A stretch of 64,000 nt of DNA from Amoebophrya sp. A120 (GCA_905178155.1 CAJINV010000015.1:1850920-1914919); one strand, 5' to 3'; shown: positions 1 to 12,344, counted from the first letter of the stretch. Translations and numbers: made by a program. The notes: a model not told the origin generated them from the letters alone.

Positions 1-124
1 TTCAATGCTTATCGCAGGAGCCTGCGGGCCGCCGCGGGCGACAGTAGTTGTCCGCGGCCCTTTAGGGCCGCGGGGAAGTGGTGGAGCCCGCGGCGGCCCG
101 CAGGCTCCTGCGATAAGCTTTGAA
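1..124. repeat. GC-rich long hairpin with a nested inner stem
   Basis: 7-39 (gcttatcgcaggagcctgcgggccgccgcgggc) is the exact reverse complement of 86-118; extends to 1-39/86-124 with 1 mismatch; inner stem ccgcggccc/gggccgcgg at 52-73. Confidence 0.9.
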
Positions 125-1456
125 TGCGAATCCGGAAGCCCCCGATGACCCAGATACCTTCCTTGCCAGGGGGCCAGTTTCTCACGCAGGGGGCTTGAAG
201 AAGAAGGAGGGGGACTGTAATCAAAAATAAATAGCGCCAAAGCGCGGCCCGCAGGGCCGCGCTTTCGCCGCGCGGCTGGTTAGGCTTTCGCGCTGGTTAG
301 AATTTCGCGCACGCATTTGGTTACCAATATCGCCCTCCGGGCGCGACCTTCATAGAAGGACTTCAAACGATCGGGAAAGCGTTTGCTGATAACAAGAAGA
401 TTGCGCATTTACTCGCTCTGCGGTTCGGACACGCGTGTAACCGGCGATTGTGGAAAATGAAGCTGCGGCGCAAAAAGAGCCAAGTATTGAGAGGAAAAAT
501 CCCCCCTCCTCATATCGAAAATGTGTGTGCTGCCCGAAAATTTGTCTTGCTGATTTGAGACCACAAATCACGTCTGTCTTGCAAGAAAACAAGTCTACAG
601 GCTCTGCCGCATTATGCAGGCGGTTTGTGATGCTGTTGGGCCTACAGGGTAGACGTTTCTCTTGCTAAGCGCCTAGGCCGGAGCCTCTCTGCTCAGGCTT
701 GGCAGGGGCCTGCAGTCCTCTACTGCAGGACAGACCTAATTTGTGTGCGCAAATCCAGCGTCAGAGACTTCCGTTTGATATGGGGAGGGGGGGCGTTCCC
801 TTGTGATACCAAGTTGGGAGTACGCATTTCCACCCAACTTCGTTCGGTGGCGAGAAGGCAAACTATCCTGAGCAAAAACGTCCCCACCCCAGAGTCAAGA
901 TCATGGGGATCTCGCAACACAAATCGAGAATTTTTGGAGATCAAGCGTGACAAGTTCGTTTCTGTATTGTAGTGAAGCTTAGCAAGTACTACAGCCGCAA
1001 CGCAAATCCATCTTCTATTCATTCTGCTTAGAGTATTACAAAGTCCAAAACACAATCGGGAATGCCTCTCATTTTGAGGATGCGCATTACTTGTCCTCCT
1101 GTGACTGGAAATCTGCACGACAAGCCTGGGGTGGAGACGTTTTTACTCAGGATACAAACAGACAGAAACTGAAGATAGGACTCTCGAAGGAAGGTACTCA
1201 AACCGAGATCGAGGTGAGTCCGCAAATGGCGAAGCTTCACGGGGTGCATATCCTGTGGAGAAACTACGTCCCCATACCATAGTCAAGTTGGTAAATAAAT
1301 ATTTTGCAACTACAGAAGTCTTCAAGTTTTGGGAGTTATGCATGACAAGTTTGGGTGTAATTCTGTGTAGCTGCTAGTAGCTCAACAGCGTCACAGATCC
1401 AGCCTATCAGGCTCCTTCGAGCGCCAGAGATGCCGGAACTGGAACAGAACTAGAAA

Positions 1457-1974
1457 ATGCTTCTCATGGGGCTCGCTCCGCATGAGAAATATTATCAGCA
1501 TGCATATTTGCATGACAACTCTGGCGGGCTGGGGACGTTTTTCCAAATGATAGCGCAGCTGGCCGGTAAGATTAGAACAATTGATGGGCAAGAGTTGCCA
1601 GCTAGGCTACTTCATCTCATGGTGAGGCAGACACTCCCGAAAACAAGCGAAGCAGAACCGGAGAAAATGATCCTCGCCTCTCGCACAGCAGATATGGCGC
1701 TCTCAAACGTTACATTCTCAACTGGTACAACATTGATTTGTCACGCAAAAGCACCTTAAGCCGGCAGATGATCGAGCTGCTTCGCATGACAAATTTCGGG
1801 AGGGCTAGACAGCATCTAAATCTGCGCCAAACTTGTAAATGCAAAGGGCGCAATCTTCCTCCTTCCAATTTTGCCAGTCTTGCATTACAAATTCATGTAA
1901 CAGTTGAGAGTGTAACATTTTAGAACTCCATAGCAGAGCCGGACGAGTTCGAGTTTTTCCGTGGCGAAGTATGA
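1457..1974 (+). CDS. Hypothetical protein or gene fragment with one introner; 5' part unresolved
   Basis: Removing 1693-1937 gives ...ILASRTAEPDEFEFFRGEV*; in-frame stop at 1451 just upstream of the ATG. Confidence 0.35.
1693..1932. mobile_element. Introner family C (240 bp)
   Basis: TIR tatggcgctctcaaacgttacattctcaactg / cagttgagagtgtaacattttagaactccata; TSD gcaga/gcaga. Confidence 0.9.
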
Positions 1975-2256
1975 GCAGAGTGCACAAGAACTCCCCCTTG
2001 TTCCCTTCTTTTGGGTGTTCATCTTGGCATAAATAGCAATGCAAGCGTCTGCAAGATGAGGACGAGTGCGAGGAGGTTCGTTTTGCTGCCTGACAGATTT
2101 ATTGCAGGACTACACGACGAGGAGTGCCGCGTGTGTACTTACTAGAAGTTGTGCTATAATTTTTTGCGCTCCTGGTCCTGCAGCAAGAACTACTTTAACC
2201 AGGGAATGAACAGTCCCACGAGCAGGCAAGGCGTAAATTTATTTTAAACAGTTTGC

Positions 2257-5200
2257 ATGATCGAAATGAGCAGGCCGAGGGGGAATACTACTAGTTGTGC
2301 ACTCTTATACCCAGTCGAATACGCGGAGGAGCCGTTCGGAATACCCGCGCATTACAGGGCGGACGTTAGCATTGTCTTCATAAACGGGCGGTGGCAACTT
2401 ATCGTCAAAAAAATCTTTTGGAAGGACTTGCAAGAAAGAGCGACCGAGGGAACTACGCCGGGTCGTACTACGAAAATCCTCGAGGAGGTACCCATGGACC
2501 AGGAGACGAAGCAGGAAAGAAGAACGTTTTCGCTTTTGGGGAATTCAGGACTAAAAAAGACGAAGGGTGGAGAGTGCACGGGTGTGCTCATGGAATCGAA
2601 AAAAGAAATCGTGGAAGATATGCGTAAAAACAACGAGCGGCACAGCACCTCGATTCTGCTGCCCTATTTCGCGGAAGAGACCTTCTTTTTGACGACGTCG
2701 TCGAGTACGAGTAGCAGCTTCAACGGGCGGCGGGGACGAGGTTCTTGCGAAGATACATCGTCGCAATTCTTTGACTACAATTTTCTGGAGTCGAACAGTC
2801 AGGCTTATGAAGACGGGGGTGACGTGCGCAGTTTTGGGAGCGGAAAGGACATGCATATCCAGTGCAAAAGTATCGTACTCGTAGTAATTGCAGCTTTTAT
2901 GGCATATACAAATCTTTTTGTTAAGGCAAATCCGCATCACAAATTTACTTAATTTAACGTTGTAATGCTGAGCTAATTGCAATTGCTATACATTATATTC
3001 ATGCGAAAAAAGAGGTAGACAGAGGGCCCCAGAGAGGTGGCCGAAAAAAGAGGTCGACAGAGGTAGAAAAGAGGTCGACAGAGGTGGAGAGGTGGCGCGG
3101 GACCCCGTTCGAGAGGGTCCGCGAGAGGGTGCGCGAATAAGGCCCGCAGTAAGCGCCCACCCTTAGGCCCCGCCTAAGTGGCACAGAGGGCGCAGAGAGG
3201 TCAAAAAGAGGGGGCGCGAGAGGTCGACAGAGGTGGAGAGAGGTGTTGTGAATAAGGGGCGACCTCTCGTGGACCCTCTTGGCCACCTCTCGGCCACCTC
3301 TGTCGACCTCTTTCTACCCCCCCGCGAGTATAGCCGGACTATTAGCGGGGACCCCCAAAAGAGGCCAAAAAGAGGGTCCGCGAGAGGTCTGTGAGAGGGT
3401 AAAAGCACAAAGAAGCGGGCGCGAATCCGCATGGCGCTACCCATATTTGGCATTGCAGGCCATTCGCGGACTTGTTTTGTCCGACGCCGGCCTTTCCGTG
3501 CCACCCTCTCGCGCACCCTCTCGCGCCACCCTCTCGCGCCACCCTCTCGCGCCACCCTCTCGCGCCACCCTCTCGCGCCACCCTCCCGCGCCACCCTCGC
3601 CTCTCCCGCCGTGCGGCTTCTGTTCCTTCGCCCCCGGTGTTCTTTGCAGCTGCTCCCTGCGCAGAGCGCCCACAGGCGCGGGAAGCGCGCAAGTGGTCCG
3701 GCGGCTTGGCGCGGCGCAAACCGGCGGCAGGAGTCCAGTAGTGTTTTTCTGTGCCTAGGCCCGTGGGGTTGTGGTCCGAGCGGCAAACAGCCTTGCCCCG
3801 GCCCAACAGCCTAGCGCTCCGGCGGCAGCCGGGGCATGGCTGGTTTATTATACTAGTGCGATGCTTTTGCAGTTCATAATGCAGACCAGCAACCAAATCG
3901 ATCTGCTTGATGCGGTGCGGCAGGTCCTTAGATTCGGCTATAATATTTTTATGCCGGATGAAGAACAAGTACAAGACACGACGAGAGATGCTGGTGCAGA
4001 AGAACACGCTCGAAAAGTTTTCCTGGAAGAGCTTGCCATGGACCTCGATACCCTTGTAGTTGTTGCGCGCGATCAAGATCAGCGACGCGAAATCCACCGC
4101 GTCCGCGCCCAGGAGAAGTTGGGAACGATTCTCCCGATTTTGCTCGAGCACTTTGCTAATGACTACGTGCTTCGCGACCACACATATTCCGAGGAACTCC
4201 GGCCTCTTGTGGCGCGGAGACAAGTTCAAGTCAAATCACGCCAAATTCCACCACCTTCTGAGGCAGCAGATTCGAGAACATCGGCGGCGCCAGGTGCTGA
4301 ATTCGCTTTCGACGTTGATTTCTCTGTCGAAGTGGTGGCGGACGCTTTCGCCATATTGACGCCAAAGCTGCCGGAAGCTTTCTACCGCGAGACAAAACGT
4401 GACCACAACGGGGAGCCAAGGAAACCCGGCTATCGGTTGAAGAAGGTAAGGGAAGCAGTGGAGAGTTGCGTCAAGGTCGTTCTCGCGCAGGTTTCACGCG
4501 CCGCCACAGGAGAGCAGCTGCAGCTCCGCCAAAAGGGCTCAGGAGCAACGTCAGCCGGTACTTCTAGAAATCCAGAAGCTCCTCTTGTTGGGGCACTGGC
4601 ACAGACGAGATCGAGCGTGGACTTGTGGACGAGCATTATGGACTACGAACCTGGGACCTACATGATTCCCAACGGGATCACGCTCACTAAAGGATTGCTA
4701 AGTGTTTTCTGGCACTACCTGAACATGAATGGCAAAGCAGAAGTTACTATCGAGGCCTTTGCGAATCTAAACACTCGGGAGCAGAAGAGTCAACAAGTAC
4801 GGGCGCGGGAGTTGCTGCGGCTGTTTGCGTTGGGACCGCGGAGGGAGGGGAAAAGCCCTTGGGTCGCTTCCACAAAACGCTTGTTTCCAGATTCCTCATC
4901 TCCTTCTCCGACACCCGGCACCGCGGCAGGCCAAGGCGCTCCTCCCCCTCGTTTATCGCGCGAACAGACGTCCTATCAAATGTAAAAATGTCTGGGTCTG
5001 GAAGGTCGGAACTTGTAATGCGTATTTCAGAACACAGAAAAGTCTCTCATGCATACGTAGCAAAAGCTGCCCACTTTCTGTCAGCAAAATAGGCAATTTG
5101 TCATGCGGATTCGGCATTGCGGAAGCTTCTCGAAACCTGTGACGCTAGAGCTTTCATGCCAGACCTTCTGTGTCATGCAAAAACAGCATGACTTTTCCAG

Positions 5201-5535
5201 ACCCAGACATTTTTACATTTGATACGTCCTTTACCGCGGTTCTGTATGATTCGCTGCGTGGATTGTACGCAGAAAGAGCGGAAAAAGATCAGTGGTATTC
5301 TAATTCTTCGGGGGCGGTGGAAAAGAAAACCAAAACTCCACCATCTTCTGAAGTGGTCGGTGGATTAGGATTAGGGAGCGCTGGCGGACCACGTGGTCAA
5401 GATATGGCGGCTTCCGGCAGTGGCAGTGGCGGAACTGCAGCCGGCGGAGCTCCAACTGTACGCAGGGCGCGTCGAAAACGGCGGAGGCGGAGGGTGACGA
5501 CGAAAGGTCGTCGCGTCAGGTCGAAAACGAGATGA
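2257..5535 (+). CDS. Hypothetical protein, 3 exons (2257-2855, 3884-4973, 5230-5535), basic Arg-rich C-terminus
   Basis: ORFs 2257, 3771 and 5170 join in frame after element+TSD removal: GSGKDM|QTSNQID and REQTS|FTAVLYD. Confidence 0.75.
3006..3400. repeat. Degenerate agaggt(cgac/gg) repeat block with internal inversion
   Basis: Repeated agaggtcgacagaggt units; 3281-3318 is close to the reverse complement of 3062-3096. Confidence 0.75.
3500..3600. repeat. 13-bp minisatellite (gccaccctctcgc) x about 8
   Basis: Tandem units read directly from the sequence. Confidence 0.95.
4974..5224. mobile_element. Introner family B (251 bp)
   Basis: TIR tatcaaatgtaaaaatgtctgggtctggaa / ttccagacccagacatttttacatttgata; TSD cgtcc/cgtcc; frame restored. 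Confidence 0.95.
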
Positions 5536-6423
5536 AAAAGAAACAAGATGAACGTATTTTGAAAACCTTATATCAGAATAATGTGAATCTGAAACGACGT
5601 GCTGCAAGTCAGTAGAAGAACAGCTGTTGTAGTAGATACTTGTTATCAACAGGAGCGGCACCCGGCGCGGACTGAAACTGATCCTATGTTCCTCAGCGCC
5701 GCGGCCTAAGTCCTCAGCTCCTAAGTATCTAATGATCGTATGATTTTCGACATCAAGTGAAGACGAACAGCACTCGACTACAACTGCCGCGGATCCAGCG
5801 AGCCACTATCTTCAATCCGACTTACCGCGACAAAGGGGTGATCGTAGGCAGACTAGAAGCGGGGCTTGCAGCAAACCGAGGGAGACAACGGGTCGCAACT
5901 GCTGGAGGTTGCGGCGTTACAGACCTTCGGATTGCTGGGCTTATCGCTTCAAAAAGATGTCCTATGGTTAGCTTAAGAAAAGAGTAGCTTAGTAGATAGA
6001 AGCTGGCTATAGAGTTTTCCTCCTCCTCCTCCTCACTCAGGTGTAATCACAGCGCATTCAGATATGATCACGGAACTCACTTCGAAGATATAGTCGTGGC
6101 ACGGCAAAAATCATGCAGTCCGTAATTTCTTGACGATCACGATTCATTTTGAGAAAGCGCGTCCAGAAAAGATCGAATCGTTTATATTTTTGTGCTCCTG
6201 TAAGAAGGCAGCAGCATCCGCTAGAGTGCTGGATGCGCGATGAACGCGACACAAGGCTCGTAGCCCGTCGCTGACATTGAAAGACCGTGGCAAAATCAAC
6301 CAACACGACGCTAGTAGCGAAGACGCGTCGATGCTGCCATCAGGAGCATTGGAATAAGAGCCCGCCGGTGCGCTCTAAGACGCCCCCCCCCCAGCAGGGT
6401 GGCCCAGGCACCTCCAGGATCCT

Positions 6424-6480
6424 TGTTCACCTCTTGAGATGTTCGTCAGGATCACGAATGCAGAGGGTTGCTTCACACTC
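6424..6480 (+). repeat. 57-bp direct repeat, copy 1
   Basis: tgttcacctcttgagatgttcgtcaggatcacgaatgcaga... matches 8260-8316 with 3 mismatches. Confidence 0.9.
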
Positions 6481-6608
6481 GAACGGGCAGGCAATTTAGA
6501 TCATGTGGATTCTTGTGTGAGAGTAAGTACTACAACTACGCCTAGTTCTGCTTGTACTATCAAAGTCATCTTATCACACGAGGCCTTTCCAGCACGAGAA
6601 AGTTGAAA

Positions 6609-6920
6609 CCGGCCAAGAAGTTTTTTCGTCTTCGAGCCACCTGCGCCCGCTACCCGCCCGTCCTCACCCGTAAAAGCAGTAATTTTTCATTTTTTCCGGG
6701 CAATTTGCAAGGGGGAAGGCTGGCCATTTTTTCGAAATCGGCCTAAGTTTTTTTTTCGTCTTGTACCCACCTGCGCCCGCTACCCGCCCGTCCTCACCCG
6801 TAAAAGCAGTAATCTTTCATTTTTTCCGGGTAATTTGTAAGGCGGAATGCTCGCCATTTTCCCAAAATTGGCCTAAGTTTTTTTTTCGCCTTCCCATCTG
6901 CCCCCGCTACCCACCCGTCA
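6609..6920 (+). repeat. About 130-bp tandem repeat, about 2.4 copies
   Basis: ctgcgcccgctacccgcccgtcctcacccgtaaaagcagtaat at 6641 and 6771; partial third copy near 6898. Confidence 0.9.
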
Positions 6921-7113
6921 TTGCGTACTGTCATTTCTCCTGTCACTAACCTACCTACCCATCCGCCGAAACATACCGTCATTTCTCCTGTCGGGCTTGT
7001 TTTGGGCTGTGAATCAGTTCTTCAGCGGCTTGCATCGCGACGGTTTCCCGGTGTTGCGGGACACAGTGAACGAACTTCAAAGCGCAAACCCCGAACTGCA
7101 AGGAATTCGAATC

Positions 7114-7321
7114 TATCCACTGCAAAAGTTACTAGCACCGCGCTGCTCGTACTGTAGCCAGTTGCGCATATTACTTCTTGCATGTTGACAACTCTATTTT
7201 CGGTAATTCAGCACTGCAAATTCAGCCCGTTTTGTTTTCACGTAGAGAAAATTTCTTGAGCAAAAATGCAGTTGCCACTGGATAGTACAAGTAGAGTACG
7301 GTAGTGCTTTTGCAGTGCATA
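7114..7321. mobile_element. Introner, family A-like variant (208 bp)
   Basis: tatccactgcaaaag...cttttgcagtgcata; TSD degenerate gaatc/gattt; frame restored. Confidence 0.75.
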
Positions 7322-7422
7322 GATTTACGGCATTGAGTACCAACGACGTGCTGCGCGGAGACCAGACGCCCGACTTGTACGCCAACGACAGTTTGCATCC
7401 GAATTGGCGCGGCAGCGAGGTT

Positions 7423-7688
7423 TATGAATTGCAAATATGTCTGGGTCTGGAAAGTTGGAACTTGTGATGCTAACTTCGGACTCTGAAAAAATTTGTATTG
7501 TATGGCCAGCAAGTAGAGGAGTCTAGCACTAGCTTGTGCTTCGCGGGGAGGGCCTTTGTCATGCGGAATAGGCATCAGGAAGCAATCAGAAGATCTGTGA
7601 TGCTAGGGGATACATGCATCACAGACGTCACGGGTCATGTAAAATCTGCATGACAACCTTCCAGACCTAGACATGTTTGCATTTGATA
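7423..7688. mobile_element. Introner family B (266 bp)
   Basis: Family B TIRs; TSD aggtt/aagtt; frame restored. Confidence 0.9.
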
Positions 7689-8042
7689 AAGTTTTGGCCA
7701 GAAAGCTGTACGATTACATAGCCACTACTTCTACACCCTGCAAGTAGAACTTCTACCCGTAGAACTGTCACTGAGGAGATTGGAGATTTTTTTCAAAAAA
7801 CAGCTACAGGCTGATGTGTAAGGTTCTAGTTTTGGCAAACGCGACTACTTGTTACACAAAGTGATTTTTTTCCGATCTATTGATGTTTTGAAAAAGGTAC
7901 AGGTACTAAAGACTGAGAATCAACGAAGAATAATTGTCACAATACAGTACGGATTTAGGTACTAGTTTTCTGCTGCCGTTTTGTTTTGGAACACGAAGAG
8001 GAGCAAGTCGTGTATGATTGTGCATCGTAGTTAGCGCCCGGT

Positions 8043-8259
8043 CATTTTTGAAAAATTGGCACGTTTTTGCTTTTCGTCTCCTCGCCTGCGCCCTGTCCCC
8101 GCCGGTCCTCACCCGTGGGAGCAGTCATTTTTGATTTTCCCCGGGCAATCTGTAATGCGCCACGCTGGCCATTTTTGATTGAAAAATTAGCATGTTTTTC
8201 GTCTCCCCGCCTGCGCCCTGTCCCCGCCGGTCCTCACCCGTGGGAGCAGTAATTTTTGA
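8043..8259 (+). repeat. About 125-bp tandem repeat (about 1.7 copies) related to 6609-6920
   Basis: ctgcgccctgtccccgccggtcctcacccgtgggagcagt at 8086 and 8211. Confidence 0.9.
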
Positions 8260-8316
8260 TGTTCACCTCTTGAGATGTTCGTCAGGATCACGAATGCAGA
8301 AGGTTACTTCAGACTC
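8260..8316 (+). repeat. 57-bp direct repeat, copy 2
   Basis: Matches 6424-6480. Confidence 0.9.
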
Positions 8317-9195
8317 TTGCTCGCTCGTACACCGTTGAGTGGATCGCTTTCCAGGAGACAGGATCAAATTTAGAGCACCACAAACCTCTCGTAGAGTCGC
8401 GTGGGCTGTGTATGTATGTACTTTGAGCGTTAGGCATCTATGAGTTAGTACAGCTGGTGGTGCCATCGAGACTCCGAGGACTCATCAAAATCGAGACACT
8501 GAACAATCTCAATCTTCAAAAACCGCACTGCAAACGGATGCTTTTTCTTTTTCAGGAGCAGCATTCTGAAAAGGAGAGTGAGCAGGAGCTGAAAACTTTT
8601 CAAACGCCTGGAAGCAAGATTCGAAAGCTCACGGTCGTCTCGACCTAGAAGAACGGATCGTGTTAAATTCCTTTGGTGGGAGCCATTGTTCTTCTGTGCC
8701 CGACATGCAGGCACAGGTTATCATCAATACGTATCGGTATCTACTACGAATTGTCGCCTTCTTCTTTAATGCCAGTTTTATAATCCGAAAATGTCGTTCT
8801 GGGCGGGGTATCGTTCGATTGCTCTTTGTCTTTGGCGTCGTTGGAAGAGGAGGTTGTAACAAAGCTTGTACTTTGAGCCAGACAGCACTTCTACGTCGAA
8901 AAATCTAAAAACAAAATCACTCTGGGGAAGCCTGAATTTCAATTTTTTGAATTGCTTCATTTTATCTTCACTAGTGAGTATTCTTGTTCCTGAAAAAAAA
9001 GTTCCTTCGTTCTAGTTGACGATAGGACGTCGAACCAAGGAAAAGCAAAAGGTTTTTTTTTTGAAACGAACTGGAAATTTCAGTTTCACACAGCGTTATT
9101 AACCAACGAACTACGGAGGTAGTTCACGTACAACTATGTGTGTCACTAAAACCACCTGACAGACGAATTTTAACAACTTCATCGTCAAAGATTAA

Positions 9196-12100
9196 ATGGC
9201 AGCGTTTTTCGCACCGGTTGAGCATGTTGATCCTGCTCCAGCAGCCCACTGGAAATACCGCACCTACACGGAACTGTGCATCCGCTCACTGGAGACCAAC
9301 GGCCTCCGGATCCACGGGCTAACAGATGCTTTGATGCAAGAAATCGCAGCTGCCTTGGAGCAACAACAGGAAGTTTTCTACGCTTCTGTGTTGCAAGATC
9401 AAGATGTTGAACAAGGTCAGCATGAACAACAACATGAAAACCAGTTGTACCCCAGGGTTCTCTCGATCGCCGTTTCGATGCGGCAATTGCCAACCGTCCA
9501 CCCGGATATCAAACGACGGTTTGGTATGGGAGTGTCAGGATTGAAATCGACAAAATCGAAAAATTTGCAATGCATAAAATGTAGGGCAAGTGAGGCCTGT
9601 GCTCGGGAGCAGGCAATTGAGACCGATTGTTAGCCTGTTTAGGAGAAGGCGATGTGCTGCCAGAGTGGCACGACAGGAGCAGTCTTCTTTGCCCAACAGC
9701 ATGACAGACTGTATTTCGGCTCTACCCAAATTTGTCATGCGCTTCTTGCAAACTGAGGCTCCAAGACCAAGTGGTATCGATTTTATGCATGGCAAACTAT
9801 AACTATTCCAACTTTGACGATTTCAATCCTGACACTCCCATATTTGGCCGTTTCGTCTTGCACTTGGTGGACAAAATTATCGACCCGATGGACTTCGTGC
9901 TATGCATTGCATGCAAATATGTCTGGGTCTCCTGGAAGAATGCAAGATTTGTCATGCATATTCTGCATGGCCCAGAACCAGAACGTCTGGAATGCGAGCT
10001 GTAGCCTGGCAAGTTTTGCGAAGGCTCCGCAATGCGTGTTCTGCATGAGAAGCTGAAGCGTTGTCTTCTCGTAACCGAAACTTGTACTTGGCACTTGTGT
10101 TGGTCGTGCAATACAGATTCTTGTATCGATCAGACCTAGCATGACAAACTCAAACTCCTCCAGCGCCAGACGTATTTCTATTTGCAGTTCATACGTGCGT
10201 GTGGAAAACGATTTGGAGATTCAGAACCTGATCACGCGGAAGGGAAAAATCGAAACGGTGAAGAACGGGAAAAATAAAATGGACAAGATCGAATCCGAAT
10301 TTCCAGAGGATTTGAACCCGGTGTTAAAGCTGAAACGCCTGGAGTCGGTGTATTTCGCACTCATCGCGGCAACCATGTTGCTGCCCAAGTTGCGATATGA
10401 ACTGCAAAAGTATCGCACTCGTACTAATTGCAATCATGCATTGCAAATTTTTTTCTCAAGGTAAATCCGCATTACAAATTCCATTTTTCATGCTGACGAA
10501 ATTTGTATAATGCAATTCATACTAGTACGATGCTTTTGCATTGCATATGCGAAACGACAAAAAGAAGGTGGATTGCGAGATGGAGCTGAACAACAATCTT
10601 GTGATCGGAAATATCAAATGCAAAAGTGTCTGGGTCTGGAAGAATGCAAGTTTGTCATGCTTGTTTGGCATGACTCGAGAATCTGTGTTGCATAGGCACG
10701 AAAGAGCCCTCTTAACTGTCATGCGAAAAGGCAGTTTGCCATGCGGAATACATAAGACATGACAGCCACAAAATTTGTCATGCGTAGCTGCGTATTGCGG
10801 CGCGTCTATCATTCACTTTTAGCATTACAAGTTTCCAGACCCAAACATTTTTGCATTTGATAGGAAAAACGAGTGATAACAATCATGCCGCGGGGGCACA
10901 ACTAACAGCAAACGGCGCATCATCGCGCTCTCCAAGTACTAGATCGGCGTCCGCATCACCGAGCAAGAATACTAGAACTGCACTGTCTATGCATCGCAAA
11001 ACTATCGGACTAATATGATAATTGCATTACAAGAAATTGACTTCGCATTACAAATTGAATCTGTCATGCGGATTTGCCTCAAGAACAAGATTTGTAATGC
11101 ATAAACGCAATTTGATAGTACGAGTGCGATTCTTTTGCACTGCATACTGTCACCCTCTCCGACCAAAACCCCACGGGAGCTGCTGACCATATGCAAGAAA
11201 AAAACTGTGTAAGTGTAATTATGTGTTGCAGAACATGCAAAAGGGTTACACCTGTCATGCCAGATAGCCATGAAGTCCTCTTTTCACGTGTGTTTTCCCT
11301 TACAAGTCACGCATGACAGGTTTTCTCTGTCATGTAGAGCAAATTTGTGATGCTGTTTCTCAGAGAAAGTTACACTTACACACTTTTTTTCCTGGATAGA
11401 CCATGGACCAGGAGGACTGCTTACCCGGGCAAGCCAGTCCGTTCCGAAAGCCGCAGAAGAAGAAAGCCTCGCTGTTGTATTCTGCTGGGGGGACGGGCCG
11501 CGGGACGGGGCCGAGGGCAGCTGCAGCTGGGAACAATAATTCCAACAATGTCAATCTCAATCACGCAGAACTACAAGTGAAGGACATCCGGGCCGGGAAG
11601 CCAGTGCTATGCATTGCAGAAGTATCGTACTCGTATAAATGCATTACAAATTTCCTTAGCATGAGAAATAATGTTTGTCATGCGGATTTACCTTACGAAC
11701 AAAATTTGTAATGCATGGCTGCAATTACTACGAGTATGATACTTTTGCACAGGATAAGTGCCTTTGTTTTACCACGATCCGGAAGCGGACCAGTACCGGC
11801 TCGATTACAACAGAACAGCAGGTTCTTCAACCTCTCCTGTTGACCGCACTGCTGCTCGTGCTGGGATTCAACGTCGTAGCTCAGGTCGTGGTTATTTTCA
11901 ACGAAACCATCAAAACAATCACAACCCGAGCATCCAGCAGTTTTACGAGGACGACAGCTGTAACAACCCGCCGGTTCATGATTTTTACACCACAGAAGTA
12001 GATGCAAGAACTGCCGCACGTCGGCCATGCGGAAACGGAGGCAGGACCGGCGGCGGAACTACATCAAGGAAGAGTTGGAAGATGAACATGCCAGGAAGAT

Positions 12101-12324
12101 CAAGAACGATGGGACGGAGCTGCTCGACGACTTCGGCAAAGAGCTTCACCTTCCCTAGCAGTACGACGCGGGCAGTGGACAATAGAAATGGCAGGAAGAT
12201 GTTCTTGCACAGTTACGCCACGAATATCAGCACTTGCAGGGGCCAGTACAAAAAACCTCACAATCGTAGTATCTACGACGCGGACGCGGAGGACGACGAA
12301 CTGTTGGTCACGTTTGGACAGTAG
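9196..12324 (+). CDS. Hypothetical protein, 8 exons separated by 7 introners; 3' end uncertain
   Basis: Exons 9196-9524, 9848-9900, 10199-10395, 10553-10611, 10868-10987, 11152-11189, 11404-11607, 11762-12324 join without stops (e.g. IKRRFG|RFVLHLVDKIIDPMDFV|RVENDLEIQ). Confidence 0.8.
9525..9842. mobile_element. Introner family D (318 bp)
   Basis: TIR tatgggagtgtcaggattgaaatcg / cgatttcaatcctgacactcccata; TSD tttgg/tttgg. Confidence 0.95.
9901..10193. mobile_element. Introner, family B-like (293 bp)
   Basis: tatgcattgcatgcaaatatgtctggg...ccagacgtatttctatttgcagttcata; TSD cgtgc/cgtgc. Confidence 0.9.
10396..10547. mobile_element. Introner family A (152 bp)
   Basis: tatgaactgcaaaagtatcgcactcgta...tacgatgcttttgcattgcata; TSD tgcga/tgcga. 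Confidence 0.95.
10612..10862. mobile_element. Introner family B (251 bp)
   Basis: Family B TIRs; TSD ggaaa/ggaaa. Confidence 0.95.
10988..11146. mobile_element. Introner family A (159 bp)
   Basis: Family A TIRs; TSD ctgtc/ctgtc. Confidence 0.92.
11190..11398. mobile_element. Introner singleton (209 bp)
   Basis: tatgcaagaaaaaaactgtgtaagtgtaa / ttacacttacacactttttttcctggata; TSD gacca/gacca. Confidence 0.92.
11608..11756. mobile_element. Introner family A (149 bp)
   Basis: Family A TIRs; TSD agtgc/agtgc. Confidence 0.95.
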
Positions 12325-12344
12325 TCTAGCTTTTGAAGAAGATT

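Larger units (their letters stand above)
2856..3878. mobile_element. Expanded family A introner (1023 bp) carrying GC-rich repeat cargo
   Basis: Left end tatccagtgcaaaagtatcgtactcgta, right end tatactagtgcgatgcttttgcagttcata; TSD atgca at 2851-2855 and 3879-3883; removal restores frame. Confidence 0.85.
6982..7747 (+). pseudogene. SGNH/GDSL hydrolase C-terminal fragment with two introners; 5' half not found
   Basis: Spliced: ...ELQGIRI|TALSTNDVLRGDQTPDLYANDSLHPNWRGSEV|LARKLYDYIATTSTPCK*; DxxHPNxxGxxxxA is the SGNH block V motif. Confidence 0.7.

Noticed and set aside
3163-4229. Overlapping ORFs of 78-295 aa on both strands with RERVAREGGARGW-type repeats
   Set aside because: Products of the stop-poor 13-bp minisatellite inside the 2856-3878 element
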